A DNA stretch of 64,000 nt from Oxynema aestuarii AP17 (lineage in GTDB: Bacteria; Cyanobacteriota; Cyanobacteriia; Cyanobacteriales; Laspinemataceae), in the NCBI RefSeq assembly GCF_012295525.1, contig NZ_CP051167.1, forward strand, positions 5,557,299 through 5,621,298, in the 5' to 3' direction. The notes below the pieces were generated by a model, which saw only the letters and a program-made list of their open reading frames with translations, had not been told where the DNA came from and made no database searches. The translations under genes were made by a program, and so were the position numbers. Below are positions 49,288-58,422 of the stretch, piece by piece; position 1 is the first letter of the stretch; each line of letters starts with the position of its first letter.

Positions 49288-49935
49288 TTGGTACAAAAAG
49301 TTGCTATCTACTGTCGGGTTTCGACTTCTGACCAGTCCTGTTCTCGCCAAGAACGTGACTTGGTTGCTTATGCTGAATTAGCTGGCTATCAAGTGGTTGG
49401 GATTTGGAAAGAAACGGCTTCTGGGAGTAAGCATCGCCTATTACAAAGAGACCAGATCCTGAAGTTAGCTCAAGCTCGTGCCATTGATGCGGTGCTGGTC
49501 ACTGAACTGACTCGCTGGGGTCGCAGCACTTTAGATTTGATTCATACATTGCAGGATTTAGCTCATTGGCGAGTCTCGTTGATTGCTCAAACTGGAATTG
49601 AGTTTAGTTTAGACACGCCTCAAGGTAAACTGATTGCCAATGTTATGGCTACTCTGGCTGAGTTTGAGCGCGATTTAGTTCGAGAGCGGGTGCGTTCAGG
49701 TTTGGCTGCGGCTAAGGCACGTGGAGTTAAGTTGGGTAGACAGCCTGGGCAACGGGTGAAAGCTGACCGTTTAGAGAACAAGGTTTTGCTTCTGGTTGAG
49801 CAAGGTCACTCCTATCGGGCGATCGCCAGACAGCTTCATCTGAGTAAGACTACAGTTAATGACATTGTGAAGCGACATAGGCAAAAAACCGCTCCATCTT
49901 TGACTGGCATAAGCACAGAAGATTCTGAAAGCTAG
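49288..49935 (+). CDS. tnpR: serine recombinase (Tn3-family resolvase)
   Basis: VAIYCRVSTSDQS catalytic Ser motif and C-terminal HTH (GHSYRAIARQLHLSKTTVNDIV). 215 aa. Probable TTG start. Confidence 0.9.
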   Translation: MVQKVAIYCRVSTSDQSCSRQERDLVAYAELAGYQVVGIWKETASGSKHRLLQRDQILKLAQARAIDAVLVTELTRWGRSTLDLIHTLQDLAHWRVSLIAQTGIEFSLDTPQGKLIANVMATLAEFERDLVRERVRSGLAAAKARGVKLGRQPGQRVKADRLENKVLLLVEQGHSYRAIARQLHLSKTTVNDIVKRHRQKTAPSLTGISTEDSES

Positions 49936-50264
49936 AAGTATTACCCAGTAAGGATTTCAGCCTTAGCGTAAGTTTCTGTACGATTGCTACTCAAACGCCC
50001 AAACCCTGAGCAAGGCACTGGCGAATAAAGATGGAAATCTGCTCCGTGGCAGTGGTCCCCTCATCCTGGCAAAGGGCCACAAAAGATTGCCACTCCTCCG
50101 GATCCATTCGGAGTGAAATCGGTTTTCGGGTCATAACTTTTCGTTTCCCACGTCAATCCAGTATTGCCAATACAAGCGTATTACAAAAAAAGGGAATTGC
50201 CGATACAGGGCCTTGGGGGACTGGGGGCCTTTGAGGTGGGTTCTACTAGATTTAAGGTAAACTG

Positions 50265-50291
50265 GTGTAAATAAGGGACCCTTATTTACAC
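50265..50291. promoter_or_regulatory. perfect 13-bp inverted repeat with 1-nt spacer (gtgtaaataaggg a cccttatttacac) 22 bp upstream of the truncated serine recombinase gene
   Basis: Perfect palindrome, followed by the RBS-like aggaaaggtagg and the ATG at 50313. Candidate recombinase binding or crossover site, or an operator. Confidence 0.45.
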
Positions 50292-50312
50292 ACAAGAGGA
50301 AAGGTAGGGGCC

Positions 50313-51032
50313 ATGACGAAAGGTTTTGATAACAGTACAGTAATCTATATTCGGGTATCCACCGATGAGCAAGCGAAAGAAGGGGTCTCTATCCCGGCCC
50401 AGGTAGAAAAACTGACGGCCTACTGTAAACAAGCGGGTCTCAGGGTAGTCTCCACGATTATTGACGATGGAGTCAGTGCGGGGAAGTTTCTGAGCACTCG
50501 TCCTGGGGGTAGCCAGTTGGTTGAGTTGGTCCGGTCGCGCCAAGTCAAAAATATTGTGGCGGTCAAGCTCGACCGTCTGTTTCGGAGTGCCGCCGATGCC
50601 CTCACCAGCGTTGACAATTGGGATAAGCTGGGGGCATCGCTCCACCTCTTAGACTTCAATGGGATGAGCTTGGATACGTCCAGCCCGATGGGGAGGATGA
50701 TGTTGACGATGATCGCGGGCTTCGCGGAACTCGAAAGAAATCTCTGTAAACAACGGACTAAAGACGCTATCCAACATAAGAAAGCGAGTAAGCAGAAGTA
50801 TTGCCGGAGTGTTTACGGGTATCAAACTTTAGAAGATGGAACAATGGTTCCAGACGCATCTGAGCAAGAGGCGATCTGCATAATCAAGATGATGCGATCA
50901 TCGGGTGCAAGTCTTCGAGCTATCTGTTCTAAGCTCACCGAACTCGGTTACAAAACCAAGCGTGGCGGGGTTCAATGGTATGCCGCTACTATTAAGGGAA
51001 TCCTAGAAAATGATATCCACCAACTAGCTTAA
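50313..51032 (+). pseudogene. large serine recombinase, truncated after ~239 aa
   Basis: Resolvase catalytic domain (VIYIRVSTDEQ). The start of the recombinase domain ends at ...GVQWYAATIKGILEN and then terminates (DIHQLA*). Zinc-ribbon and coiled-coil domains are missing. Confidence 0.65.
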
Positions 51033-51298
51033 AACATGAGCAATTTAGAAAAGGACATCATAGAAGCCTTAAGGGGTAAGGACGGCATCTTCCCTACTAG
51101 AATACGCGATTACATACGCACTAAGCATTTCTTAAACTTCGGAGATGGGCCAAACGTCGCACTCTTAATGTCAAAAAAGCTCAGGGTCTATATTGGCGAG
51201 CAATCAGCAATAGAAACTGGGTATTTGCGACCAAAGGGGAGCAGCCAAAAAAGCTAGTTTTACACACAGAGTTTGCGACCAGTAGTAACAAACATCTG

Positions 51299-51604
51299 TT
51301 GGTAAAAGGCGATAGAAGCCCCTATGAGGGCGACTTAGTTTATTGGAGTAGAAGGTTAGGCAGACATCCTGAATTACCTAACAGACAAGCGATACTTTTA
51401 AAACAACAACAAGGTAAGTGCGCTTGGTGGGGACTACACTTTCTTTCAGGAAATGTAATGGAGGTTGACCATAAAATCCCACTTTCTCAAGGAGAAAAAG
51501 ACGAGTGGGTTAATCGTCAGCTATTACATCGACATTGCCACGATGAAAAGACTGCTGCTGACGGCAGTCAGAAGTCCGTTATTGACAAAGGGATTGCACA
51601 TTGA
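51299..51604 (+). pseudogene. group II intron-encoded protein fragment (DNA-binding/HNH endonuclease domain only)
   Basis: KCAWWGLHFLSGNVMEVDHKIPLSQGEKDEWVNRQLLHRHCHDEKT is the characteristic En-domain motif (C..C...EVDHI.P...G...N...LH..CH). A degenerate domain-V-like sequence follows (agccgtgtgcggtgaaaatcgc...ccggtttc). The reverse-transcriptase domains are absent, so this is a 5'-truncated copy. Confidence 0.6.
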
Positions 51605-51822
51605 GTAGCCGTGTGCGGTGAAAATCGCTCTTCCCGGTTTCGGAAGAAAGGGGTGGAATGGTAACATTCCCCTCGACTCTATCTCTCGGCTTTACCCCTC
51701 TATCTCTCGGCTTTACCCCGGATTCAGCCGGTGTTGGTGAATGGGTGATTTCACGCTAACTCAAAATCCAGCCAAACGTAGACTCATTTAATCCACCAAT
51801 TTTCTAGTATTCACTAACATAA

Positions 51823-52245
51823 AATCTTACTATAGATGATAATCAAGTTCAAGGAACAATCACGGGAATTACATTTACCAATCCCGAGGATGGCTACACA
51901 ATTGCCCAACTCACCTCGCCTGAGCATGGCACAATCACGGTCATCTTTAATCTAACTGTCAAGAAAGGGCAAAAGCTGATTGTAACGGGATTATGGAAGA
52001 ATCATCCTCGCTATGGCAAACAATTTCAAGCTCAAACTTGGAAGGAAGAAAAGCCCACCACTTTGCTTGGAATTGAGCGCTACTTAGGCGATGGACAAAT
52101 TCCCGGGATTGGTCCAGGGTTGGCTAAAAAGATTGTTGCTTATTTTGAAGAGCAAACGCTTTCAGTGATTGAGAACCAGGTCGAGCGGTTGATTGAAGTG
52201 CCGGGTATTGGCAAGAAGAAAGCCGATCAAATTCAGGCTGTTTGA
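51823..52245 (+). pseudogene. RecD2-type SF1 helicase, N-terminal ~140 aa only
   Basis: GTITGITFTNPEDGYTIAQL...LIVTGLWKNHPRYGKQFQAQTW...GIERYLGDGQIPGIGPGLAKKIVAYFEEQTLSVIENQVERLIEVPGIGKKKADQI. This is the N-terminal OB and helix-hairpin-helix region of RecD2. There is no ATG, and it stops after the HhH motifs with no helicase domains. Confidence 0.65.
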
Positions 52246-52363
52246 TCTGCAAAAGCAAAGTTAGGAGCATTTTTTCGACGTGGGTTCAAGTTGAGTGCTT
52301 ATCTTATCAGGATGGCTCGTCGTTCGGCCACCTGTTTGGTGGATCCCACTCCTCATCAATTTG

Positions 52364-52762
52364 TTAACTTTCCAGATTCTCTCTGTTCTGAGTAAAACAT
52401 TTGGAAAGTAAGTCTGCTACCCACGATCCCACATTTGTTGTACCATTCCAGTCAGGAACCTTTTCGTCGTCGAGTTCAACTTTGAGGCTATCTTCTAGGA
52501 AAAGAACAATTTCAAGAAGGTCCCAGTCACAAGGCTGAAGGCGAGATAACTCCCCAAATTTATCATTTGGATATATTTTTTCAGGGGGAACTTGAAACAT
52601 ATCTCCTAACTTTGAGCGATAGTCTTTGACAACTTTTTTCAATTTAGTGCCTGAAAAGCCAAGTTCAGACAAAAAGTCTTCATCGGTCATTCGCGGACGC
52701 TGTAAAAATTCCTCTAACTTTTTTTTAGAGTTGAACCAGAAAAGCATAAACTCTCTTTTCAC
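52364..52762 (-). CDS. putative immunity protein for the orphan Rhs C-terminal toxin
   Basis: 132-aa acidic cytoplasmic protein. AT-rich. Immediately 3' of the orphan Rhs C-terminal cassette. Assignment by position only. Confidence 0.4.
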   Translation of the reverse strand: MKREFMLFWFNSKKKLEEFLQRPRMTDEDFLSELGFSGTKLKKVVKDYRSKLGDMFQVPPEKIYPNDKFGELSRLQPCDWDLLEIVLFLEDSLKVELDDEKVPDWNGTTNVGSWVADLLSKCFTQNRENLES

Positions 52763-52775
52763 CTGCTCATTGTTT

Positions 52776-55532
52776 TTAGTTGTTTGTCAAGCCATACTGG
52801 TGGTCGTAGGTTTTTCTTATTCTCGCTCCTGACGCATAACCAATAGTGAATCCAAAAAGAAAACCTAATGCGATAAAAGTAGTTGATTGACCGTATTTCA
52901 ACAAAACTTTCGCTTGCGTTGCGAAGCCTTGACCAACAACTCTAGCTATTTCATGTCTTCTCCATATCGCTCCACGTATCAGCGCATCATCCACAATGGT
53001 AATGGCAGTGGTGAGGGCAGTACCTAATGTAACTTCATAGTCGGGTTCTAAAAGCCCTCCAGTAAAGCCAAGTGCAAAGCCTCCGATTAGTGCTGCCGCA
53101 GTTGTAGAATGTCTTGTGAGTGCCTTTCTCCATAATTCCTGAAAACCCCGAGTCAGAATTGGTCCTAGACCTGCTGGAGTTAGATAGAAGGCTCCGCCAA
53201 GCATAGCTCCGGCAGCGGCTCCTCCTACGGCTCCTACCAGTGCAAACTTTAAAGTCTCTTTGCTAAAGACTTCACCTGACTTATAGGCCCCGTAATAACC
53301 GCCTCCTACTGCACCAGCGAGACTGCCAATTATCGTACTGCCTGCTAACACCTCTGTCAAAGCAAAGAAACCACTAGGATCAACATAATTAACCGGATTC
53401 GCATTCCCATACAAATACTTATGCAGAGTAATCGGCTCATTAAGACGTCCCTCATAAGTATCCCGGCGAGTAAACCGGCCAATCCCCGCATCATAATAGC
53501 GTTGTCGCAGATAATATTGCTCTAAACTCTCATCATACTGCTCCCCTGCAAACAAAAACTCATTTTCAATACTACCAGAAGATGCCACCAGATTCCCAAA
53601 CGCATCGTAACTGTAAGCATTTGTAACCTCCCCACCTTCATCCGTTAGCAACCTCGTACTACCCAGTCCATCCACTAAGTAGAACGACTCACTCCCATCC
53701 CTTTCCTGAGAAATCAAATCCAGGCCATGCAGATAGCTGACAGCAAGCGTATCATCCACATACTCTGACAACACCTCAGCATAGGGACGATTCTTATCCA
53801 CGAGGTACTCCGTTGTCACCCCATTCACCGTCGAACTGACCCGAATATTGTCAGTATCGTAGGAGTAACTGATGACATCCCCGGTTGATGTTGTCGCCCC
53901 AACCAAACGATTCTCCTTATCCCAGGAGTAAGTCGCATTCCCGATGACATTATTACTTCCATCCTTCTCAATACGTTCTATCGTATTGCCATTGTCGTCA
54001 TAACGATACTCGTAGACACGAACTACATTCCCATCTAGAGTCAACTCTTTCCGAACCAGGCGATCGCTCTCATCGTAAACATAAGTCGTCGTCCCCTCAA
54101 CCGAATCAATCCGACTCAAGCGATTTCCCACCGCATCATAGGTGTACTCTATCGTGCGGTTCCCATTTACGGGGTCAGCGATCGCCTCTTTAGTTAGACG
54201 ATACAAATCATCATATTCATACTCTACTTTCCGGCCATCACGTTCTTCAACAACGCGGCGATGTCCTACTGGGTCAAGAGTATAATCGTAACTAGCGATG
54301 AGCGTTCCATCCTTGACATAACTCACCGATTCCAACCGACTCAATTCATCGTAAGTCCGAGTTTCCACCACTCCATTCGGTAACTCAGTCCGGATTAAAT
54401 TGCCAACTTCATCATAGGAATAACTCGTGACTCCAGCATCATCCGTCACCGTTTTCAGACGATTTTGCTCCTCAAAAGCGTATTCTATCGTTCCCGTCGG
54501 TGTCGTTACAGAAGTCCGATTTCCAGCAGAATCGTATCCATATTCAATCGAAGCACCACTGGTTAAATAAGGCCCATCCGGGTCAGTCCGAGAAAGCAAA
54601 CGACCGAGTTCATCGTAGGAGTAACTCGTCACCCCGCGACTATCTGTTATGGTTTCTAGTTGTCCGGTTGGGGTATAGGTGAAACTGGCAATTGGCGTTT
54701 CTCCCACCCGTTTTTCAATGAGACGATTTTGAGCGTCATAGTTATAAGTAATGGTGTCCCCATTGAAGTCGGTAACGCTAAAAGTGTTGCCTACTGCGTC
54801 ATATTCTGTTGTAGAACGTTGAGTGTCAGGTAACTCGACGGCAGTGCGACGACCCAGGTTATCATACTCGTAATTAGTCCGATGGTTGTTGGCATCCTCC
54901 TGCCAAATTAATCGACCCGATTCATCGTAACCATACTCAGTCCGGATTTCTTCGCCGTTGAGGAACTGCACCACATCCGTCAAGCGACCAAGTGCATCGT
55001 ATTCATACTCGGTTTTATTCTCTGCTTGGTCGATCGCAGCAACCCGACGACCGAGTGCATCGTAAATTGTTTCTGCCTTAGTTCCATCAGCAAAATGCGT
55101 TGCAACTAAGCGTCCCAGATTATCGTAAACGAACCGAGTCGCATGACCTTGAGCATCAATTTCTTTGACTCGCTGTCCTGCATTATTATACTCAGACTTG
55201 CTACGCGGATTATCTGATAAATCGTCTGGTGTATCATCCGGATAAATCGTCTCTATCAAACGACCTGCATCATCGTAACGATACTCAGTCCGATTACCGC
55301 GTTGGTCTATATTCGCCTTAACTTGGCCGTTTTTATTGTACTCCGTAACCGAACGAGGATTGTCAGTTAAATAGGTAGGTAAGTCATCCGGATAAACAAC
55401 TAGACTCCAATCAATCGTTGCCGCAGTTTTTCCAGGTGCAACCGCGTCGATAAACTGTTGTAAAGTATCGGTTTTATCAAGATAAATTGTCTCGGTTAAC
55501 TGTCCCGCCGCATCGTATTTATAATGAATCAC
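52776..55532 (-). CDS. Rhs/YD-repeat protein, N-terminally truncated orphan copy with distinct glycine-zipper-rich C-terminal tip
   Basis: Starts inside the YD repeats (MIHYKYDAAGQL). Many YDxxGR(L/V) repeats. Conserved core end RYYDAGIGRFTRRDTY...PVNYVDPSG. A ~200-aa C-terminal tip rich in GxxxG/AxxxA and hydrophobic segments (SLAGAVGGGYYGAY, GAVGGAAAGAMLGGAF). Confidence 0.85.
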   Translation of the reverse strand: MIHYKYDAAGQLTETIYLDKTDTLQQFIDAVAPGKTAATIDWSLVVYPDDLPTYLTDNPRSVTEYNKNGQVKANIDQRGNRTEYRYDDAGRLIETIYPDDTPDDLSDNPRSKSEYNNAGQRVKEIDAQGHATRFVYDNLGRLVATHFADGTKAETIYDALGRRVAAIDQAENKTEYEYDALGRLTDVVQFLNGEEIRTEYGYDESGRLIWQEDANNHRTNYEYDNLGRRTAVELPDTQRSTTEYDAVGNTFSVTDFNGDTITYNYDAQNRLIEKRVGETPIASFTYTPTGQLETITDSRGVTSYSYDELGRLLSRTDPDGPYLTSGASIEYGYDSAGNRTSVTTPTGTIEYAFEEQNRLKTVTDDAGVTSYSYDEVGNLIRTELPNGVVETRTYDELSRLESVSYVKDGTLIASYDYTLDPVGHRRVVEERDGRKVEYEYDDLYRLTKEAIADPVNGNRTIEYTYDAVGNRLSRIDSVEGTTTYVYDESDRLVRKELTLDGNVVRVYEYRYDDNGNTIERIEKDGSNNVIGNATYSWDKENRLVGATTSTGDVISYSYDTDNIRVSSTVNGVTTEYLVDKNRPYAEVLSEYVDDTLAVSYLHGLDLISQERDGSESFYLVDGLGSTRLLTDEGGEVTNAYSYDAFGNLVASSGSIENEFLFAGEQYDESLEQYYLRQRYYDAGIGRFTRRDTYEGRLNEPITLHKYLYGNANPVNYVDPSGFFALTEVLAGSTIIGSLAGAVGGGYYGAYKSGEVFSKETLKFALVGAVGGAAAGAMLGGAFYLTPAGLGPILTRGFQELWRKALTRHSTTAAALIGGFALGFTGGLLEPDYEVTLGTALTTAITIVDDALIRGAIWRRHEIARVVGQGFATQAKVLLKYGQSTTFIALGFLFGFTIGYASGARIRKTYDHQYGLTNN

Positions 55533-55690
55533 CCGTCCCGCTTCATCAATAGTCGCTCGTTGGCGTCCTCCCTTATCGTAAACATTGATAGTCCGGGGGT
55601 TATCGTTAGGATTTTCTGGAGTGTTGTCGGGATAAATCGTTTCGACTTTCGTGTGGCTCTGCCCACCCTACCATCTATTTATAACTTTTT

Positions 55691-56830
55691 TTAAAATGGA
55701 ATCCTTGCCTCAAGTTCTGGAAACTTTAAAATCAGTTTTGTTAATGCTTTAGCTGCTGCATCTTTTACCTCAATATCGCTATCGCTTAAAGCTTCAATCA
55801 GAGGTTCTACTGCTCTTGAATCTTTGATTTCACCTAATGCCCATGCTGCCTTCTTCCTAATCTCTTTTAAAGCCCACGCTTTTATATGTTTAATTTCGAT
55901 GTCAGTCGCTCTATGACTTGTGGTGGTAAGTTCAGCTATTCGCTCGTTTTTTAACCGACAAAAATCACTTTCTGGATTTAAAATTTTAATTAGATCGGGG
56001 AGAGCTTGTGGATCGCCTAACTCGCCCAAAATTTCAATTGCCCTTGTTATAAACATCATAATTATTGATAGATCGTTGTTTTGTTGGCTTGATTGCTGTA
56101 TGGCGTTGCTTAAAATTTTTACGGTTTCTAAACTTTTGAATTCTACAAATTCGTCTGAAAATAATTCTAATATCTCCCAAGTTATTGGCTGAAATTTTTT
56201 AAGATTTTTAACGGCTAATTCTCCTAACTTGGAATTATAGTTTCGCCAGATTTGACGGACTCGTTCGGGATAAGAAGCAATATAAGAACGCTCGTAGGCT
56301 TCAGCATCGTGATAGTAAGCGCCTGTTTCATAGCACTCTGCCATTGTTAGCATCATACTTGTTAAACTAGCATATTTTTTTATTGTTTCAGGCCATACTT
56401 CAAAATCTAAAAAAATTACAGGATAATGAAACTCCTTGTTTATGCGACTCATTGTAATTACACCTTGTTGTGGACCTTGAGGAGGGTAAAAAATAGAAAA
56501 ATAGTTTAATTTGTAACCACTTTCAGCTTTTGAGTTTGCAAGACAGCCATAGTATAAAATTTGACCGATTTGTAATACTTCTTGCAAAGGCTTAAAAGTC
56601 CAGTTTTCAAAAATCCAAGCTGTTTCTTTACACAAGTCTCCTTTTACTGCACCATTTCTCCATTGGTAGAGTTCATAGAGTTCCGGAGGTACTTTAACGG
56701 GTAAATTTTTAACTAGCTCGTCTATTTCATTTTTTGACAATCCGGGCTGTAAATAATCCACCAACCAGGGTTTATATTGTTCTATCCAGCTTAATATTCG
56801 GTTTAAGGCATCGGTCAGTTCTGTACTCAT
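55691..56830 (-). CDS. SMI1/KNR4 (SUKH-1) family immunity protein with C-terminal HEAT-like repeats
   Basis: The N-terminus (LPVKVPPELYELYQWRNGAV) is the SUKH hallmark. The C-terminus has HEAT/PBS-lyase-like repeats (EPLIEALSDSDIEVKDAAAKALTKL). Very AT-rich gene directly 3' of the main Rhs toxin gene. Confidence 0.7.
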   Translation of the reverse strand: MSTELTDALNRILSWIEQYKPWLVDYLQPGLSKNEIDELVKNLPVKVPPELYELYQWRNGAVKGDLCKETAWIFENWTFKPLQEVLQIGQILYYGCLANSKAESGYKLNYFSIFYPPQGPQQGVITMSRINKEFHYPVIFLDFEVWPETIKKYASLTSMMLTMAECYETGAYYHDAEAYERSYIASYPERVRQIWRNYNSKLGELAVKNLKKFQPITWEILELFSDEFVEFKSLETVKILSNAIQQSSQQNNDLSIIMMFITRAIEILGELGDPQALPDLIKILNPESDFCRLKNERIAELTTTSHRATDIEIKHIKAWALKEIRKKAAWALGEIKDSRAVEPLIEALSDSDIEVKDAAAKALTKLILKFPELEARIPF

Positions 56831-56844
56831 AACTCATAACCTTT

Positions 56845-58395
56845 TTAAAATGGATACCATAAATTATTATTGTTTATATTTAGCTTTTGACCCTCTCGAT
56901 CTATCCAATGCGTCTGATCGTCATTAACTTGAACCCCAAACCAACTTTCTTTGGGATGGTTAGAGTTAACAGGAGCGGACTTGTAAAAGTTTAAAAGGAA
57001 ATCACCTTGGCTTTGATTTTGGGTTTCATTTACAAGTCTTAAACTAACCTTGCCTGCATCATAATTCAAAGGGCCTCCTTGCAAAGTTGAATTGTATGGG
57101 TACTCATCACACTGCCGATTTTGGAATTGTGGTTGCCATACGCCTTTAATCCACTGACAATTTCCTTCTACTGCATTATACCATTCCCGTGGTCCACCAC
57201 TTCCTACTGGGCTTGCAGGGCCCCTCCATTTAGTCCACCCTGGAAGAATACGAGCTAAGAAAGACTGCCCAGTTTGGACAATAGCCTCCTGCGTATGTTG
57301 CCTTATTTCCGGTACCTCGTCTCCCCAAACAATAACTGGGAATCCCTCAAAATCACAGTTACCAGCCCCCACCGTTGTGTTGCACTCTTCAACCTTTTTT
57401 CTAAGAACCTGATAATTATTTTCAGTTATGGGCAAACCCAGGAACGTATTAACTCCACTATGCTTAATATTTTTCAAATAGCCAGGAACTACAACATCAT
57501 CTCCATCGAATCTTCTCAAGTTTCCAATAGGGGCACTTGGAGAAACAAGCTGCATTGCGGCTAGAACAGTAGCTATTTTCATGGTTATGGATGTGTCCCC
57601 ATAGGTAAAAAGACCAGTGGGATCCGTTAAATTCACAGGGTTGCCATGAACGTAGGGATACTTCGCCAAAGACAGTGGCTCCACTAACATCCCCTCAAAG
57701 GGGTCTGTGGCACTAAAACGTCCAGTTTCCGAGTCGTAATACCTCGCTCTTAAATAATACTGCTCCAAATTTGGATCGTACTGTTCCCCAGCAAATAGGT
57801 AGTGATTGACCGTATTGCCTGTAGACCCCAGTAAATCGCCATAAGCCTCGTACTGGTAAGTATCTGTGACCAAACCAGCAGCATTAGTCAAAGCCCTCGT
57901 ACTACCCAATCCATCAACATGATAGAAAAAGCGATCGCTGCCTCGCTTTTGGGAAACCAGGTCGAGTCCGTAGGTATAAGACGCCGTTACCATACCATCT
58001 GGAGTGTACTCCTCCAATACCTGAGCGTGAGGCCGATTGGTATCGAGCAAATACCGCGTCTCCTGACCATCCACAATTGACGCCACCCGCATCCCGTCAG
58101 CATCGTAGCGATATTCAATCTGTTGGGTTTCTCCCCCATCAGTAACAGAAGCCGTCAGCAAGCGATTTTCCTCATCCCAGGTGTAGCTAGCTTTGTCGGT
58201 ATCGCTTTTAAACCGGGAGAGGAGATTGCCGTTATTGTCATAAGTGTAGGTGGTTAGCTGACCATTAAGAGCTTCACTCAACAACTTGCCATTGTCATCG
58301 TAAATATAGGTAGTCAGTCCCTCTGACGAATCATTACGACTAACTCGGTTCCCCACACCGTCGTAGGTGTAATTAATCGTGCGATCGCCTGCCAC
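56845..58395 (-). CDS. C-terminal part of the main Rhs protein (YD repeats, core end, C-terminal toxin domain); in frame with 58423-62355 across a TGA
   Basis: Homologous to the orphan copy up to DPTGLF, then a different ~250-aa tip containing NRQCDEYPYNSTLQGGP, which resembles the DEYPF..GG motif of NucA/NucB-type DNases. Begins at a GTG. Confidence 0.85.
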   Translation of the reverse strand: MAGDRTINYTYDGVGNRVSRNDSSEGLTTYIYDDNGKLLSEALNGQLTTYTYDNNGNLLSRFKSDTDKASYTWDEENRLLTASVTDGGETQQIEYRYDADGMRVASIVDGQETRYLLDTNRPHAQVLEEYTPDGMVTASYTYGLDLVSQKRGSDRFFYHVDGLGSTRALTNAAGLVTDTYQYEAYGDLLGSTGNTVNHYLFAGEQYDPNLEQYYLRARYYDSETGRFSATDPFEGMLVEPLSLAKYPYVHGNPVNLTDPTGLFTYGDTSITMKIATVLAAMQLVSPSAPIGNLRRFDGDDVVVPGYLKNIKHSGVNTFLGLPITENNYQVLRKKVEECNTTVGAGNCDFEGFPVIVWGDEVPEIRQHTQEAIVQTGQSFLARILPGWTKWRGPASPVGSGGPREWYNAVEGNCQWIKGVWQPQFQNRQCDEYPYNSTLQGGPLNYDAGKVSLRLVNETQNQSQGDFLLNFYKSAPVNSNHPKESWFGVQVNDDQTHWIDREGQKLNINNNNLWYPF

Positions 58396-58422
58396 GGGGT
58401 CAGTAATCTTTTCTTCTATAAG

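Larger units (their letters stand above)
46111..50006. mobile_element. Tn3-family transposon (tnpA + tnpR, res site, ~40-bp terminal inverted repeats), ~3.9 kb
   Basis: The left end ggggtttgaatagcaaccatgcagaaacttacgctaaggc (46111-46150) matches the reverse complement of 49960-50006 (gccttagcgtaagtttctgtacgattgctactcaaacgcccaaaccc) at ~85%. The GGGG start is typical of Tn3 inverted repeats. No clean 5-bp target-site duplication. Confidence 0.8.

Noticed and set aside
51605-51700. Complete group II intron ribozyme domains V/VI after the HNH fragment
   Set aside because: Only a degenerate domain-V-like stretch (agccgtgtgcggtgaaaatcgc…ccggtttc) is visible and the lower stem is not complementary. 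Treated as a decayed remnant, not a functional intron.
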